From positions 658 through 64,657 of the forward strand of contig JAZOOF010000049.1 in NCBI GenBank assembly GCA_045654885.1: DNA of 64,000 bases, given 5' to 3'. The position numbers and the translations under genes are program-made. The notes below the pieces were generated by a model. That model was not told the DNA's origin. It saw only the letters and a program-made list of their open reading frames with translations, and ran no database searches. Below are positions 45,785-57,340 of this stretch, in pieces (position 1 is the stretch's first letter; each line of letters starts with the position of its first letter). The DNA is from Bacteroidaceae bacterium (lineage in GTDB: Bacteria; Bacteroidota; Bacteroidia; Bacteroidales; Bacteroidaceae).

Positions 45785-46440
45785 AATCGTTTTTTTGAGA
45801 TCCCTCGTCGCTCCGCTTTGTCGGGATGACAAGTGCGTTTGTTTTAGATCCTTCGACTACGCTCAGGATGACAAGTACGCGTTTAGGATAAGTATATCAT
45901 ACTGTCATTCTGAACGAATGTGAAGAATCTGTGTGCGCTTTTTTTAGATCCTTCGACTGCGCTCAGGATGACAAGTACGCGTTTAGGATAAGTATATCAT
46001 ACTGTCATTCTGAACGAATGTGAAGAATCTGTGTGCGCTTTTTTAGATCCTTCGACTGCGCTCAGGATGACAAGTACGCGTTTAGGATAAGTATATCATA
46101 CTGTCATTCTGAACTAATGTGAAGAATCTGTGTGCGCTTGTTTTAGATCCTTCGACTGCGCTCAGGATGACAAGTACGCGTTTAGGATGAGTACATCATA
46201 CTGTCATTCTGAACTAATGTGAAGAATCTGTGTGCGCTTTTTTTAGTTCCTTCGACTGCGCTCAGGATGACAAGTACGCGTTTAGGATGAGTACATCATA
46301 TGTCATTATGAACGAATGTGAAGAATCTGTGTGCGCTTTTTTAGATCCTTCGACTGCGCTCAGGATGACAAGTACGCGTTTAGGATGAGTACATCATGCT
46401 GTCGTTCTGAACGAATGTGAAGAATCTGTGTGCACTTGTT
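45785..46440. repeat. Tandem array of about 6.5 copies of a 98-100-bp imperfect-palindrome (REP-like) unit
   Basis: Unit starts (AGATCC/AGTTCC) are at 45846, 45946, 46045, 46145, 46245 and 46343, with a degenerate half unit at about 45790. The unit is AGATCCTTCGACTGCGCTCAGGATGACAAGTACGCGTTTAGGATAAGTATATCATACTGTCATTCTGAACGAATGTGAAGAATCTGTGTGCGCTTTTTTT, and its two arms are mutually complementary. Confidence 0.9.
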
Positions 46441-46475
46441 TTCCGTTTTCCGTTTTAACCTTTCACCTTTTCTTA

Positions 46476-47819
46476 TTACAGTCTTGCGCGGATAGCCTTG
46501 CTCTCCTCCTCGTAACCGGGTTTGTCGAGCAGTGCGAACATGTTCTTCTTGTATGCCTCTACACCAGGCTGGTTGAATGGGTTCACGCCCAATACATAGC
46601 CGCTGATACCGCAACCAATCTCGAAGAAATAGAGCAACTGGCCAATGTAGTATGCGTTGAGCTCGGGGATTGAGATGCGGATGTTGGGCACACCACCGTC
46701 AACGTGTGCGAGCTGTGTACCGAGCTCTGCCATCTTGTTCACCTCGTCAACGTGCTTGCCTGCGAGGAAGTTGAGACCATCGAGGTTCTCCTCGTCGCTT
46801 GGAACGGTGAGTGAGCTGTTTGGCTTCTCGATAGAGAGTACTGTCTCGAAGATTGTGCGCTCACCCTCCTGAATCCACTGACCCATTGAGTGAAGGTCGG
46901 TTGTGAAGTCAACAGATGCAGGGAAGATACCCTTGTTCTCCTTGCCCTCGCTCTCGCCGTAGAGCTGCTTCCACCATTCTGATGTAAAGTGGAGCTTTGG
47001 CTGGTAGTTAACGAGGATTTCAATCTTCTTGCCCTCGGCATAGAGCGCGTTACGTGTAGCTGCGTACATAGCTGCAATGTTCTCCTCGAATGGAACCTCC
47101 GGGGCGCAGTTCTTCTCCATGTCCTGTGCACCGTTTACAAGAGCCTCGATGTCGAAGCCTGCAACTGCGATTGGCAACAGACCTACAGGGGTGAGAATTG
47201 AGAAACGGCCACCAACGTTGTCGGGGATGATGAAGCTCTTGTAACCCTCCTTGTTTGCTGTGATGCGTGCTGCACCCTTGACTGCATCGGTAATGGCAAC
47301 GATAACCTTGCTTGCCATCTCCTTGCCGCGCTGGTCCTCGCACTGCTTCTTCAAGAGACGGAATGCAAGCGCTGTCTCGGTTGTTGTACCCGACTTTGAG
47401 ATGTTGATTACACCGAACTTCTTGTCCTTGAGGTACTCTGTGAGCTCATAGAGGTAGTCCTCGCTGATGTTGTGGCCTGCAAAGATTACGCGTGGGTTCT
47501 TGCTGTCGCCCATGAGTGCAGCAAAGTTGTTGCTCAATGCCTCAATGACTGCGCGTGCGCCAAGGTAGCTGCCACCGATACCTGCAACAACCACAACCTC
47601 ACAGTTCTCGCGGAGTGTCTGTGCAGTAGCGTTGATGTCGGCAATGTGCTCCTTTGTAATTGATGATGGAAGGTGCAACCAGCCGAGGAAGTCGTTGCCT
47701 GGGAGTGAACCGTCTTCAAGAGCGGCCTGTGCGCGTTTAACCTGTGGCTCAAGAGCCATAATCTGCTCACGTGTTACAAAACCTGTAACCTTGTCAATGT
47801 TAAGTGTTATATTTTTCAT
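46476..47819 (-). CDS. pgi: Glucose-6-phosphate isomerase
   Basis: 447 aa, short bacterial PGI type, with [12 protein letters not shown] and [10 protein letters not shown] motifs. Confidence 0.95.
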   Translation of the reverse strand: MKNITLNIDKVTGFVTREQIMALEPQVKRAQAALEDGSLPGNDFLGWLHLPSSITKEHIADINATAQTLRENCEVVVVAGIGGSYLGARAVIEALSNNFAALMGDSKNPRVIFAGHNISEDYLYELTEYLKDKKFGVINISKSGTTTETALAFRLLKKQCEDQRGKEMASKVIVAITDAVKGAARITANKEGYKSFIIPDNVGGRFSILTPVGLLPIAVAGFDIEALVNGAQDMEKNCAPEVPFEENIAAMYAATRNALYAEGKKIEILVNYQPKLHFTSEWWKQLYGESEGKENKGIFPASVDFTTDLHSMGQWIQEGERTIFETVLSIEKPNSSLTVPSDEENLDGLNFLAGKHVDEVNKMAELGTQLAHVDGGVPNIRISIPELNAYYIGQLLYFFEIGCGISGYVLGVNPFNQPGVEAYKKNMFALLDKPGYEEESKAIRARL

Positions 47820-47978
47820 TGTTATTTTTGTTTTTACCCCCTCCGCTTTGCTCGTCCCTCTAAGTCAGGGGGACAATATTTCGTGTTAAGGGTGTTGTTG
47901 TGTTTTGCTCCCCTCCGGTCTTCGACCACCTCCCCTCTACAGAGTGGAGGAGTTTTATCAGCGAGGAGGATAGTTGGT

Positions 47979-48977
47979 TTATTTGAATGAGTCTGTCAAA
48001 AGCTTAATCTCAATCACCGGTGATATGCCCTCGTAGAGTATGTTGTACACTGCATCGATGATTGGGGTGTTTATGCGGTAGTGCTCGTTGATCTCCTTTA
48101 TGCACTTTGCAGCATAGTATCCCTCGGCAATCATCTCCATCTCAATCTGTGCGTTCTTCACCGAGTAGCCCTTGCCAATCATGCTGCCGAAGACGCGGTT
48201 GCGGCTGAACTTTGAGTAGCCTGTCACCAGAAGGTCGCCCATGTACACCGAGTCGTTGATGGTGCGCTCAATGGGGTGTACAACGTTGAGGAAACGGTTC
48301 ATCTCAATTGCTGCATTTGACATTAGCACTGCCTGGAAGTTGTCGCCATACTTCAAGCCACTGCATATGCCGGCTGCAATGGCATATATGTTCTTGAGAA
48401 CAGAACCGTACTCAATGCCCACAACGTCGTCGCTCACCGATGTCTTTATGAAGCCGCTGCCAAGTTTCTTTGCAAACTGCTTTGCATGGTCGATGTTTGC
48501 ACAGCCCACGGTGAGGTACGAAAGGCGCTCGAGCGCAACCTCCTCGGCATGGCAAGGACCTGCAATGGCGGCAATGTTGTCATATGGCACCTTGTATACC
48601 TTGTTGAAATACTCCGATATTATGAGGTTCTCATCGGGCACAATACCCTTTATGGCATTGACGATGAACTTGTCCTCGAGATTGGCCTTCAACTTCTTGA
48701 GGTGGCTCTTGAGGTAGGGCGATGGTGTCACGAACACCAAAATATCGCTCTCCTTGACAACCTTGTTTATGTCGGAGGAGAAGTTTATTCTGTTCGTGTC
48801 GAACTTTACCGAGGAGAGGTAGGCCGGGTTGTGTCCCAGGCGCTTGAAATCCTCGATGCGGTCATCGCGTCTAATGTACCAGTTTATGGTCTCGACATTG
48901 TTGAGCAGAATTTTGGCAATGGCCGTTGCCCAACTGCCGCCACCCATAATGGCAACCTGTTTGTTGGAAAGTTCCAT
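47979..48977 (-). CDS. gpsA: NAD(P)H-dependent glycerol-3-phosphate dehydrogenase
   Basis: N-terminal GGGSWATAIA Rossmann motif. KGI......ISE and GPCHAEEV motifs. Confidence 0.95.
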   Translation of the reverse strand: MELSNKQVAIMGGGSWATAIAKILLNNVETINWYIRRDDRIEDFKRLGHNPAYLSSVKFDTNRINFSSDINKVVKESDILVFVTPSPYLKSHLKKLKANLEDKFIVNAIKGIVPDENLIISEYFNKVYKVPYDNIAAIAGPCHAEEVALERLSYLTVGCANIDHAKQFAKKLGSGFIKTSVSDDVVGIEYGSVLKNIYAIAAGICSGLKYGDNFQAVLMSNAAIEMNRFLNVVHPIERTINDSVYMGDLLVTGYSKFSRNRVFGSMIGKGYSVKNAQIEMEMIAEGYYAAKCIKEINEHYRINTPIIDAVYNILYEGISPVIEIKLLTDSFK

Positions 48978-48994
48978 AGTATTATGTTTAAATG

Positions 48995-50722
48995 TTATCC
49001 CAGCTTCTCAATCCACGCGGCAACATCGTTTACCGATGGTACTGTGTAGCCCAGCTTGAACTTCTTGTTGATGCCGCCAATCTCCATCTGTATCTTCTGT
49101 GCATTGCCGCCCTTGAGGTCATTTACAAGGTTGTAGCCTGCCTTGTGGAGCACGGGAACCCACTCCTCGGGAACACCGATTACGGCAAACGCAGCAGCGT
49201 TGTCCTTGGGCACCTTCTTCTCGGGGCGCATCTGTGGGAAGAAGAGCACCTCCTGGATTGTTGTCTGGCCTGTCATGAGCATTGCAAGACGGTCCATACC
49301 GATACCCATACCCGATGTAGGAGGCATACCATACTCAAGCGCACGCACGAAGTCCTTGTCGATGAACATTGCCTCGTCGTCGCCCTTCTCGCTCAGGCGC
49401 AGCTGCTCCTGGAAACGCTCGGCCTGGTCAATTGGGTCATTGAGCTCGCTGTATGCGTTGCAAAGCTCCTTACCGTTAACCATAAGCTCGAAACGCTCGG
49501 TGAGGTCGGGGTTGTTGCGGTGGCGCTTGCAGAGTGGTGACATCTCGATGGGGTAGTCTGTGATGAATGTTGGCTGAATGTAGTTGCCCTCGCAGAACTC
49601 GCCGAAAATCTCGTCGATGAGCTTGCCCTTGCCCATTGTCTCGTCAACCTCCATCTTAAGCTCCTTGCATATTGCAAAAATCTCCTCCTCGCTCTTGCCG
49701 TTGAGGTCATAGCCTGTGAACTCCTTGATAGAGTCGAGCATAGTAACGCGGCGGAATGGTGCCTTGAAGCTAATGGTGTGCTCGCCAACCTGGACGTCGG
49801 TTGTGCCGTTCACGTCGAGTGCAATCTTCTCAAGCATCTGCTCGGTGAAGCACATCATCCAGTTGTAGTCCTTGTACGATACATAAATCTCCATACATGT
49901 GAACTCCGGGTTGTGTGTGCGGTCCATACCCTCGTTGCGGAAGTTCTTGGAGAACTCATATACACCCTCGAAACCACCTACGATAAGGCGCTTGAGGTAC
50001 AACTCATTTGCGATACGCAAGTAGAGAGGAATATCCAATGCGTTGTGGTGTGTGATGAACGGACGTGCAGCCGCACCACCGGGGATTGACTGCAATACAG
50101 GTGTCTCAACCTCCATATAGCCACGGCTGTTGAAGAACTCGCGCATTGAGCTGTAAATCTTGTTGCGCTTGATGAATATCTCCTTTACGTCATCGTTCAC
50201 AACAAGGTCAACGTAACGCTGGCGGTAGCGCAGTTCGGGGTCCTCGAAACGGTCATATGCAACACCGTCCTTGTACTTTACTATTGGCAATGGACGAATA
50301 CTCTTTGAAAGGAATGTAATCTCGTGAGCGTGTACAGTGATTTCGCCTGTCTGTGTGCGGAATACTGTACCCTTGACACCGATGAAGTCACCGATGTCGA
50401 GCAGGCGCTTGAAGAGCACGTTGTATGTGTCCTTGTTCTCGCCCGGGCAGATGTCATCGCGTGTGATGTACACCTGTACGCGGCCTTTAGAGTCCTGCAA
50501 CTCAATGAATGAAGCCTTACCCATTACACGGCGGCTCATCATGCGGCCTGCGATGCACACCTTGCGTGGCTCGTCCTCGTCCTTGAATTCGGCTATGATG
50601 TCTGTTGAAAAAGCATCTGTAGGGTATTCGGCTGCAGGGTATGGCTCAATACCCATGTTGCGCAGTTCGGCAAGTGCCTCGCGGCGTACAATCTCCTGTT
50701 CGCTAAGTTCTAGAATGTTCAT
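48995..50722 (-). CDS. lysS: Lysine--tRNA ligase (class II)
   Basis: 575 aa with an OB anticodon-binding domain and class II motifs ([14 protein letters not shown]), plus a C-terminal extension. Confidence 0.97.
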   Translation of the reverse strand: MNILELSEQEIVRREALAELRNMGIEPYPAAEYPTDAFSTDIIAEFKDEDEPRKVCIAGRMMSRRVMGKASFIELQDSKGRVQVYITRDDICPGENKDTYNVLFKRLLDIGDFIGVKGTVFRTQTGEITVHAHEITFLSKSIRPLPIVKYKDGVAYDRFEDPELRYRQRYVDLVVNDDVKEIFIKRNKIYSSMREFFNSRGYMEVETPVLQSIPGGAAARPFITHHNALDIPLYLRIANELYLKRLIVGGFEGVYEFSKNFRNEGMDRTHNPEFTCMEIYVSYKDYNWMMCFTEQMLEKIALDVNGTTDVQVGEHTISFKAPFRRVTMLDSIKEFTGYDLNGKSEEEIFAICKELKMEVDETMGKGKLIDEIFGEFCEGNYIQPTFITDYPIEMSPLCKRHRNNPDLTERFELMVNGKELCNAYSELNDPIDQAERFQEQLRLSEKGDDEAMFIDKDFVRALEYGMPPTSGMGIGMDRLAMLMTGQTTIQEVLFFPQMRPEKKVPKDNAAAFAVIGVPEEWVPVLHKAGYNLVNDLKGGNAQKIQMEIGGINKKFKLGYTVPSVNDVAAWIEKLG

Positions 50723-50797
50723 TGTTATATTGTTTTTATATTAGTTTCTTTTAATGTGGTTCTAAGATACTTCACTTCGTTCAGTATGACATTGGGG

Positions 50798-51733
50798 TCA
50801 TATCAGTTTCTTAAAGTATTCAATTGTGTGTTCCAAGCCTTCGTCGAGTTTTATGTTGGGCTGCCAACCGCCAAGCATGTGGTTTGCAAGTGAGATATCG
50901 GGCTTGCGCTGGCGAGGATCGTCCTGTGGCAGGGGTTCAAATATTATCTTCGAATCAGAACCGGTTAACTCAATTACCTTCTGTGCAAGTTCCAGCATTG
51001 TGAACTCGCCGGGGTTACCGATGTTCACCGGCCCGGTAAAATCGTCACCGGTCTCCATCATGCGCACCATGCCCTCGACAAGGTCGTCCACGTACTGGAA
51101 ACTGCGTGTTTGTTTGCCGTCGCCATAGATGGTGATGTCCTTGCCTTGTAGTGCCTGTACAATGAAGTTCGACACCACGCGGCCGTCGTTCATGCTCATG
51201 CGTGGGCCATAGGTGTTGAATATGCGTATAATCTTTATCTTTACGTTGTTCTGGCGGTGATAGTCCATGAACAGAGTCTCGGCACAACGTTTGCCCTCGT
51301 CGTAGCAGGAGCGTATGCCAATGGGGTTCACGTTGCCCCAATACTCCTCGACCTGCGGGTGGATGTGCGGGTCGCCATAGACTTCGCTTGTCGATGCCTG
51401 CAGAATCTTCGCACCTACGCGCTTTGCAAGGCCAAGCATGTTCATTGAGCCAATCACACAGGTCTGTATGGTCTTTACAGGGTCGTGCTGGTAGTGTACG
51501 GGCGATGCGGGGCAGGCAAGGTTGTATATCTCGTCGACCTCGGCCGTGTAGGGCTGTGTGATGTCGTGGCGCACAAGCTCAAAGTGGTCGTTGCCAATGA
51601 GATGGCGGATGTTGTCCTTGCTGCCCGTGAAGTAGTTGTCGAGGCAGATGACATCGTTCCCGTCATTCAACAGCCTTTCGCAAAGGTGTGACCCTATGAA
51701 GCCGGCTCCTCCTGTTACAAGTATTCGTTTCAT
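50798..51733 (-). CDS. UDP-glucuronate decarboxylase (UDP-xylose synthase), SDR superfamily
   Basis: [19 protein letters not shown], and a YDEGKR catalytic motif typical of UXS. Confidence 0.88.
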   Translation of the reverse strand: MKRILVTGGAGFIGSHLCERLLNDGNDVICLDNYFTGSKDNIRHLIGNDHFELVRHDITQPYTAEVDEIYNLACPASPVHYQHDPVKTIQTCVIGSMNMLGLAKRVGAKILQASTSEVYGDPHIHPQVEEYWGNVNPIGIRSCYDEGKRCAETLFMDYHRQNNVKIKIIRIFNTYGPRMSMNDGRVVSNFIVQALQGKDITIYGDGKQTRSFQYVDDLVEGMVRMMETGDDFTGPVNIGNPGEFTMLELAQKVIELTGSDSKIIFEPLPQDDPRQRKPDISLANHMLGGWQPNIKLDEGLEHTIEYFKKLI

Positions 51734-51742
51734 ATAAGTATC

Positions 51743-52633
51743 TTATTCAAAAACGGCATATCCCTCGCCAATCATGTTTCCGTCAACAAAGATGTAGGCA
51801 AGGTAACGTCCCTCCTGCAATGTCTCTTCAATGTTCCAGTAGAAGACGAGTGGCACCTCTTCACCGCCGAACTCAAAATCCCTGTACATAGAGTAGCTTA
51901 TGTCGCGGTTCTCGTATTTGAATGTGTTGCTGTATCCCTTTGTCAGCGGCTCGCCGCCGGGCTGCATAATCCTCACATAGGCTCTCTTGTCGCCTGTGCT
52001 TGCGGTTATGTTCTTCGAGATGGTGCAGCTCACGCAAATCTGCTTGGCACGCTTAATGCTTGTAGTCTCTTTGCCGTTGCTGCGCAGCATTGTCACGCTC
52101 ACATTTGTTGCATCGAGCTGCGATGCAAGGTCTACCTTGTGGCTCAGCTCCTTCTTCTCCTTTGCCAGTTCGTTCCTCTCCTTTTCGGCCTTCTTCTTGC
52201 CGGCGATGAGCTTGCTGTTCTCGTTCTTCAGCTCGGTGTTTTCGCGGAAGAGTGAATCAATCTGCACCATGTAGTTCTCAAGCACTCCGCGCAGGGTCTT
52301 CAATTCCTTCTTCAGGCGCTTGATTTCGGCTGCGTTTGTTGCTTTTGTGCTCTGCAACTCTTCATACAGCTGCTGTGTGCGCAACTGCTCCTGCTCAAGC
52401 TTCACAAGCAGTGAGTCGTTGCTCAGAATCTTCTTCTTCAGCTCGTCATACTCCATCTGTGCAGCCTGCAGGTCGTTGAGCATCTCCTCCTGTTCAAGGG
52501 CAATGAGTTCCTGTATCTCCTCGTGTTGCTTCTCGCTCTCCTTCAGGTTGTTCCAAATGAGTGCCAGACCGGTTGCCAGGGCGACAACAAGCACGGCAAG
52601 AGATATTATTATAATCTTTTTCTTATCCATCAC
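51743..52633 (-). CDS. Membrane-anchored coiled-coil protein, function unknown
   Basis: N-terminal TM (IIIISLAVLVVALATGLALIW), about 150 aa of heptad-rich charged sequence, then a C-terminal beta-rich domain. Confidence 0.6.
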   Translation of the reverse strand: MMDKKKIIIISLAVLVVALATGLALIWNNLKESEKQHEEIQELIALEQEEMLNDLQAAQMEYDELKKKILSNDSLLVKLEQEQLRTQQLYEELQSTKATNAAEIKRLKKELKTLRGVLENYMVQIDSLFRENTELKNENSKLIAGKKKAEKERNELAKEKKELSHKVDLASQLDATNVSVTMLRSNGKETTSIKRAKQICVSCTISKNITASTGDKRAYVRIMQPGGEPLTKGYSNTFKYENRDISYSMYRDFEFGGEEVPLVFYWNIEETLQEGRYLAYIFVDGNMIGEGYAVFE

Positions 52634-52645
52634 TTCAACCTGCGG

Positions 52646-55396
52646 TTACTTTGACAGTTTCTGTATGCTCTCCTTCAGCATTGCAATCTTCTCCATTGCG
52701 TCGGACTGCTTCTTGCGCTCAATGGCAATAATCTTCTCGGGAGCCTTGTTGACGAAGTTGGGGTTGCCAAGCTTAGCCTCAACGCTCTTGAGGAACTTCT
52801 CGTGGTATGCGAGCTCCTCCTGCATCTTTGCAATCTCGGCATCCTTGTCAATGAGTGAGCCCATGGGGATAGCGAACTCTGTTGTGCCCACGCGGAATGA
52901 CACGGCAGTGTCATCGGGTGTTGCAACGCACTCCAGCGACGAGAGGTTTGCCATCTTTGTCATCACGCACTCAAGGCCTGCAACGGGCGACTCGCCCACT
53001 ATCTGCAGTGCCAACGGCTCGCGTGGCGAGAGGTTCTTCTGCTGGCGTGTAGCACGTACACCGCCAATTACCTCCTTCATTATTGCAATCTTGCCAAGGA
53101 ATGCCTCGTCGCACTCTGCTGCAAGCTCCTTTGTGCTCTGTACCATGATACTCTCGCCATCCTTGCGCTCCTTGATGTTCTGCCACAACTCCTCGGTGAT
53201 GAATGGCATGAATGGGTGGAGCAGACGCAACAGGCTGTCGAAGAAGCCTAATGTTGCCTCATATGTGGCTGCATCGATTGGTGAGCCGTATGCAGGTTTA
53301 ATCATCTCAAGGTACCATGCCGAGAACTCGTCCCAGAAGAGTGAGTAGACGGTCATCAATGCCTCGTTAAGGCGGTATTTGCCAAAGAGGTCGTCGAGTG
53401 ACGCTGCTGCCTTTGCAAGTGTCTCGCCAAAGTACTTGATGGCAAGCTTGCTGCTCTCGGGCTGCTCAATCTCGCTGCTTACGTTCCAGCCCTTTACAAG
53501 GCGGAATGCGTTCCATATCTTGTTACAGAAGTTGCGTCCCTGCTCGCAGAGGCTGTCGTCGAAGAGAATGTCGTTGCCCGCAGGTGCCGATAGCATGATA
53601 CCCATGCGTACACCGTCGGCACCGTAACGTGCGATGAGTTCAAGCGGGTCGGGGCTGTTGCCAAGCGACTTGCTCATCTTGCGGCCGAGCTTGTCGCGTA
53701 CGATACCTGTGAAGTAAACGTTCTTGAACGGCATGTCACCCTCGTATTCGTAACCGGCCATAATCATACGTGCCACCCAGAAGAAGATGATATCCGGGCC
53801 TGTCACCAGGTCGTTTGTGGGGTAGTAGTAGCTTATCTCCTTGTTGCCCGGGTCAAGAATACCGTTGAACAGCGAGATTGGCCACAACCAAGAGCTGAAC
53901 CATGTGTCGAGTGCATCCTCGTCGTGGCGGAGCTCCTCGGCAGTGATGTTCTCATAGCCCGGGATAGCCTTTGCAAGTGCAAGCGCCTCCTCGCGGCTCT
54001 CGGCTACAACAAACTGCTCCTCGGCGCCCTCGGCTACGGGCAGGAAGTATGCAGGGATGCGGTGACCCCACCACAGCTGGCGGCTGATGCACCAGTCCTG
54101 TATGTTAGCAAGCCAGTTGTTGTAAGTAGTCTTGTATTTTGTAGGGTAGAACTTCAGTTTGTCCTCCATTACCGGTGGCAATGCTATGTCGGCAAAGTGC
54201 TGCATGCGCAGGAACCACTGCATGCAAAGGCGTGGCTCAACAGCAGTGTCGGCATTGCGCTCGCTGTAACCCACCTTGTTGTCGTAGTCCTCAATCTTCT
54301 CCAGGAGGTCGGCTGCAGCAAGGTCTTTGGCAATCTGTGCGCGAACCTCCATGCGGTCCTGACCTACGTACATTCCTGCAGCCTCGCTGATGGTGGCATC
54401 GGCATTGAAGATGTCTATTGTCTCAAGGTTATGTGTCTTGCCCAGCATGTAGTCATTGGTGTCGTGTGCAGGGGTAACCTTCAGGCAACCTGTACCGAAC
54501 TCAATCTCTACATATCGGTCCTCGATAACGGGGATTGAACGATTTACCAATGGTACAATCACTCTCTTGCCCTTGAGCCAGCTGTTCTTGGGGTCCTTGG
54601 GGTTGATGCACATTGCGGTATCACCCATGATTGTCTCGGGACGTGTTGTTGCAACAACAGCATAGCGGCGGCCGTTGGCGTCGCGGTGCAGAATCTGGTG
54701 CTTCACTGTTGGGTCGAAAGCGTCGGTTGCAGCAAGTGTCACTGCATCGGCCTCCTCGCCGTCGGTGCAGCCGGCAGCCTCGTCAACATAGTATCTCAGG
54801 TAGTAGAGCTTGCTCTTCTCCTCCTTATAGATAACTTCCTCGTTGCTCAGTGCTGTCTGTGCCTTGGGATCCCAGTTCACCATGCGCAGGCCACGGTAGA
54901 TGAGTCCCTTGTTGTAGAGGTCGCAGAACACCTTGATTACGCTCTTGCTGCGAATCTCGTCCATGGTGAACGATGTGCGGTCCCAGTCGCACGATGCGCC
55001 GAGCTTGCGCAACTGCTGCAGGATTATGCCGCCGTGCTCGTCGGTCCACTCCCAAGCGTGCTTCAGGAACTCCTCACGTGTGAGGTCGCTCTTCTTTATG
55101 CCCTGGCCGGCGAGTTTCTTCACCACCTTTGCCTCTGTGGCAATTGATGCGTGGTCGGTACCCGGTACCCAACATGCGTTCTTGCCGAGCATACGTGCGC
55201 GGCGTACAAGGATATCCTGGATGGTGTTGTTGAGCATGTGACCCATGTGCAACACACCTGTTACGTTTGGTGGTGGGATTACAATTGTGTAAGGCTCTCT
55301 CTCATCGGGCTCCGAGTGGAAAAGGTTGTTCTTCAACCAATACTCGTACCATTTCTCCTCAACCTCTGCGGGTATGTAAGTGCTTGCTAAGCTCAT
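52646..55396 (-). CDS. valS: Valine--tRNA ligase
   Basis: 916 aa with HMGH (class I HIGH) and KMSKS motifs, an editing domain and a C-terminal coiled coil. Confidence 0.97.
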   Translation of the reverse strand: MSLASTYIPAEVEEKWYEYWLKNNLFHSEPDEREPYTIVIPPPNVTGVLHMGHMLNNTIQDILVRRARMLGKNACWVPGTDHASIATEAKVVKKLAGQGIKKSDLTREEFLKHAWEWTDEHGGIILQQLRKLGASCDWDRTSFTMDEIRSKSVIKVFCDLYNKGLIYRGLRMVNWDPKAQTALSNEEVIYKEEKSKLYYLRYYVDEAAGCTDGEEADAVTLAATDAFDPTVKHQILHRDANGRRYAVVATTRPETIMGDTAMCINPKDPKNSWLKGKRVIVPLVNRSIPVIEDRYVEIEFGTGCLKVTPAHDTNDYMLGKTHNLETIDIFNADATISEAAGMYVGQDRMEVRAQIAKDLAAADLLEKIEDYDNKVGYSERNADTAVEPRLCMQWFLRMQHFADIALPPVMEDKLKFYPTKYKTTYNNWLANIQDWCISRQLWWGHRIPAYFLPVAEGAEEQFVVAESREEALALAKAIPGYENITAEELRHDEDALDTWFSSWLWPISLFNGILDPGNKEISYYYPTNDLVTGPDIIFFWVARMIMAGYEYEGDMPFKNVYFTGIVRDKLGRKMSKSLGNSPDPLELIARYGADGVRMGIMLSAPAGNDILFDDSLCEQGRNFCNKIWNAFRLVKGWNVSSEIEQPESSKLAIKYFGETLAKAAASLDDLFGKYRLNEALMTVYSLFWDEFSAWYLEMIKPAYGSPIDAATYEATLGFFDSLLRLLHPFMPFITEELWQNIKERKDGESIMVQSTKELAAECDEAFLGKIAIMKEVIGGVRATRQQKNLSPREPLALQIVGESPVAGLECVMTKMANLSSLECVATPDDTAVSFRVGTTEFAIPMGSLIDKDAEIAKMQEELAYHEKFLKSVEAKLGNPNFVNKAPEKIIAIERKKQSDAMEKIAMLKESIQKLSK

Positions 55397-55587
55397 AGTA
55401 TTTTGAATTTTATATTTTTATTCCAAATTAAATGTTTTCTAAATTGCAAAGTTAACTCTTATTATTAAAATATTCATCTTTACAAAGCAAAAAAATCACT
55501 AAATCGCCATTTGTTGGTGCAAAATATCCGCGATGGTTTCTAAATTCGTTGTTTTGTCTTATTTTTGTATCATTAACGAATATTACC

Positions 55588-56373
55588 ATGCATAGTAGAG
55601 AAGAGATTTTGGAGGCTTTCGGACGTTTTCTGGATGTCCTTGACGAGTTGCGCGAGAAGTGTCCGTGGGACAGGAAACAGACAAACAGCAGCCTGCGCCC
55701 GAATACAATAGAGGAGTGTTTTGAACTGTCCGATGCCCTTGTGGCCGATGACACGCAGAATATATGCAAGGAGCTTGGCGATGTGCTGCTGCACGTTGCC
55801 TTCTATGCCAAGATTGCGCGTGAGAAACAGCAGTTCGACATGAAGGATGTGTGTGACCGTCTGTGCGATAAACTTATCTACCGTCACCCGCATGTCTTTG
55901 GCGATGCCGTTGCCGAGACTGCCGGCGAGGTGTGCAAGAACTGGGAGCAGCTGAAGATGACCGAAAAGGATGGCAACAAGACTATCCTCAGTGGAGTGCC
56001 CGTCTCAATGCCATCGCTCATAAAGGCCTATCGCATGCAGGAGAAAGCAGCAAATGTAGGTTTCGATTGGGCAAAGAAAGAGGAAGTGTGGGCAAAGGTA
56101 AAGGAGGAAATTGCCGAAATTGAGCAGGAGATGCAGCGTGACGATGCCGTGAACATGGAAAAGGAGTTCGGCGACCTGCTGTTCAGTCTTGTGAATGCGT
56201 CGCGTCTCTATGGCATTAACCCCGACAACGCTCTTGAACAGACAAACAACAAGTTCCGTCGCCGTTTCAACTATGTCGAGGAACATACAATAGGTCAAGG
56301 TCGCAACTTGCGCGACATGTCGCTCGATGAGATGGATTCCCTTTGGGACGAGGCAAAGAAACAGGGACTGTAG
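55588..56373 (+). CDS. mazG: Nucleoside triphosphate pyrophosphohydrolase MazG
   Basis: Tandem MazG domains (CPWDRKQT, EE.FE...A, ELGD.L). The start is set at MHSREEILEAF (ATG 55588-55590). Confidence 0.9.
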   Translation: MHSREEILEAFGRFLDVLDELREKCPWDRKQTNSSLRPNTIEECFELSDALVADDTQNICKELGDVLLHVAFYAKIAREKQQFDMKDVCDRLCDKLIYRHPHVFGDAVAETAGEVCKNWEQLKMTEKDGNKTILSGVPVSMPSLIKAYRMQEKAANVGFDWAKKEEVWAKVKEEIAEIEQEMQRDDAVNMEKEFGDLLFSLVNASRLYGINPDNALEQTNNKFRRRFNYVEEHTIGQGRNLRDMSLDEMDSLWDEAKKQGL

Positions 56374-56454
56374 TTTCTGTTTCTGCCCTTTTGACAATTC
56401 GGCAATAAGACGAGAAGAGGTTCACGGGACTCGTGAACCTCTTCTCGTCTTGTC

Positions 56455-56928
56455 TTATTCGCTTTTCTTTCCTTTGTGGGCATTGTTCCTATGCTCTGTC
56501 ATCTTTTTCATCAGGTCGCGCTGGAACATGCCCTCGGCATGCTGCACACGGCGCAACTTGCAAGGCGGGAGCACATCAAGGTATTTATCTGTATATTCTC
56601 TTTCAAGCTTTGCAATCTCAATCTTGGTGTCGGCCATCTTGTATACAAAGTCGCGGCACTCCTCCTCGGTCATCTTCTCACCTCGCTGTTTCCTGAAATC
56701 CTTGCGTGCATTACGCTCAAGCTCGAATTTCTTCTTCTGCAACTCAAAGAAAAGGGGGAAGAATGCTTCGGCCTCCTCGGGTGTCAATCCCGCTTTTTCT
56801 GTTATGTATGTCTTCTGCTTTGTCTGGAACTCCTCGGGTGAGAAGTGTGGTCTTTTCTTCTGCTGTTCCTGGGCACTTGCCGTCAATGCAAGGAACATGA
56901 GCAATGATGCAAAAAATATCTTTTTCAT
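56455..56928 (-). CDS. Secreted helical protein (Spy/CpxP-like periplasmic protein), third gene of an ECF sigma operon
   Basis: Signal peptide MKKIFFASLLMFLALTASAQ and a charged helical body. Confidence 0.55.
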   Translation of the reverse strand: MKKIFFASLLMFLALTASAQEQQKKRPHFSPEEFQTKQKTYITEKAGLTPEEAEAFFPLFFELQKKKFELERNARKDFRKQRGEKMTEEECRDFVYKMADTKIEIAKLEREYTDKYLDVLPPCKLRRVQHAEGMFQRDLMKKMTEHRNNAHKGKKSE

Positions 56929-56946
56929 ATTGTTTATGGTTGGTTT

Positions 56947-57297
56947 TTATTCAAAATCGCTCTCTGTCAAATAGCAATAGAACGTGTACTCGTCAATAGT
57001 ATAACTGTTGAGTATGTTGTCAATGTAATCGTTGTCGGCATAGGCATTGTCGCTTGTAGTGCTGTCGCCGGTAACCTTGTGCCACGGTGCAATCAGGTTG
57101 GCTGTGATACCGAAGATTATTGCAACGGCAGCGGCATAACCAATTATGTGACTGAACCTGCCAATCACATGGCTCTTGCGGCGATGTTCATTGGCGGGCT
57201 TGCCTGCTGTCGCATCAATTATCTTGCCGTTCAGTTGCTCAAAGTACCCTTCGGGTACAGTGAACAACTCTTTCTTTCTTTTATCGGGTTTCTCCAT
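56947..57297 (-). CDS. Putative membrane-anchored anti-sigma factor
   Basis: 116 aa with a single central TM (IIGYAAAVAIIFGITANLI), immediately downstream of an ECF sigma gene. Confidence 0.5.
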   Translation of the reverse strand: MEKPDKRKKELFTVPEGYFEQLNGKIIDATAGKPANEHRRKSHVIGRFSHIIGYAAAVAIIFGITANLIAPWHKVTGDSTTSDNAYADNDYIDNILNSYTIDEYTFYCYLTESDFE

Positions 57298-57340
57298 AAT
57301 TCAGTTCCTTAACTATAAGACGCAAACTTTTGTCTTTGGT

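Noticed and set aside
45785-46440. Possible CRISPR array, because of regularly spaced repeats
   Set aside because: The whole ~100-bp period is repeated nearly identically and there are no unique spacers. The units are long imperfect palindromes related to dispersed REP-like elements, and no cas genes are in the window.
46360-46614. 84-aa ORF on the minus strand, partly inside the tandem array
   Set aside because: It is generated by the repeat sequence and overlaps the 3' end of pgi. The composition is Arg-rich and low-complexity, so it is very unlikely to be coding.
52320-53348. 342-aa plus-strand ORF (and many similar long antisense ORFs, e.g. 26314-27291, 37261-37959, 45106-45762, 21485-22225, 8376-8939, 5764-6255)
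   Set aside because: All lie antisense to well-supported genes (valS, PP2C/RyR/TIR, recX, HAD and others). They have Ser/Cys/Leu/Arg-rich low-complexity translations typical of shadow ORFs.
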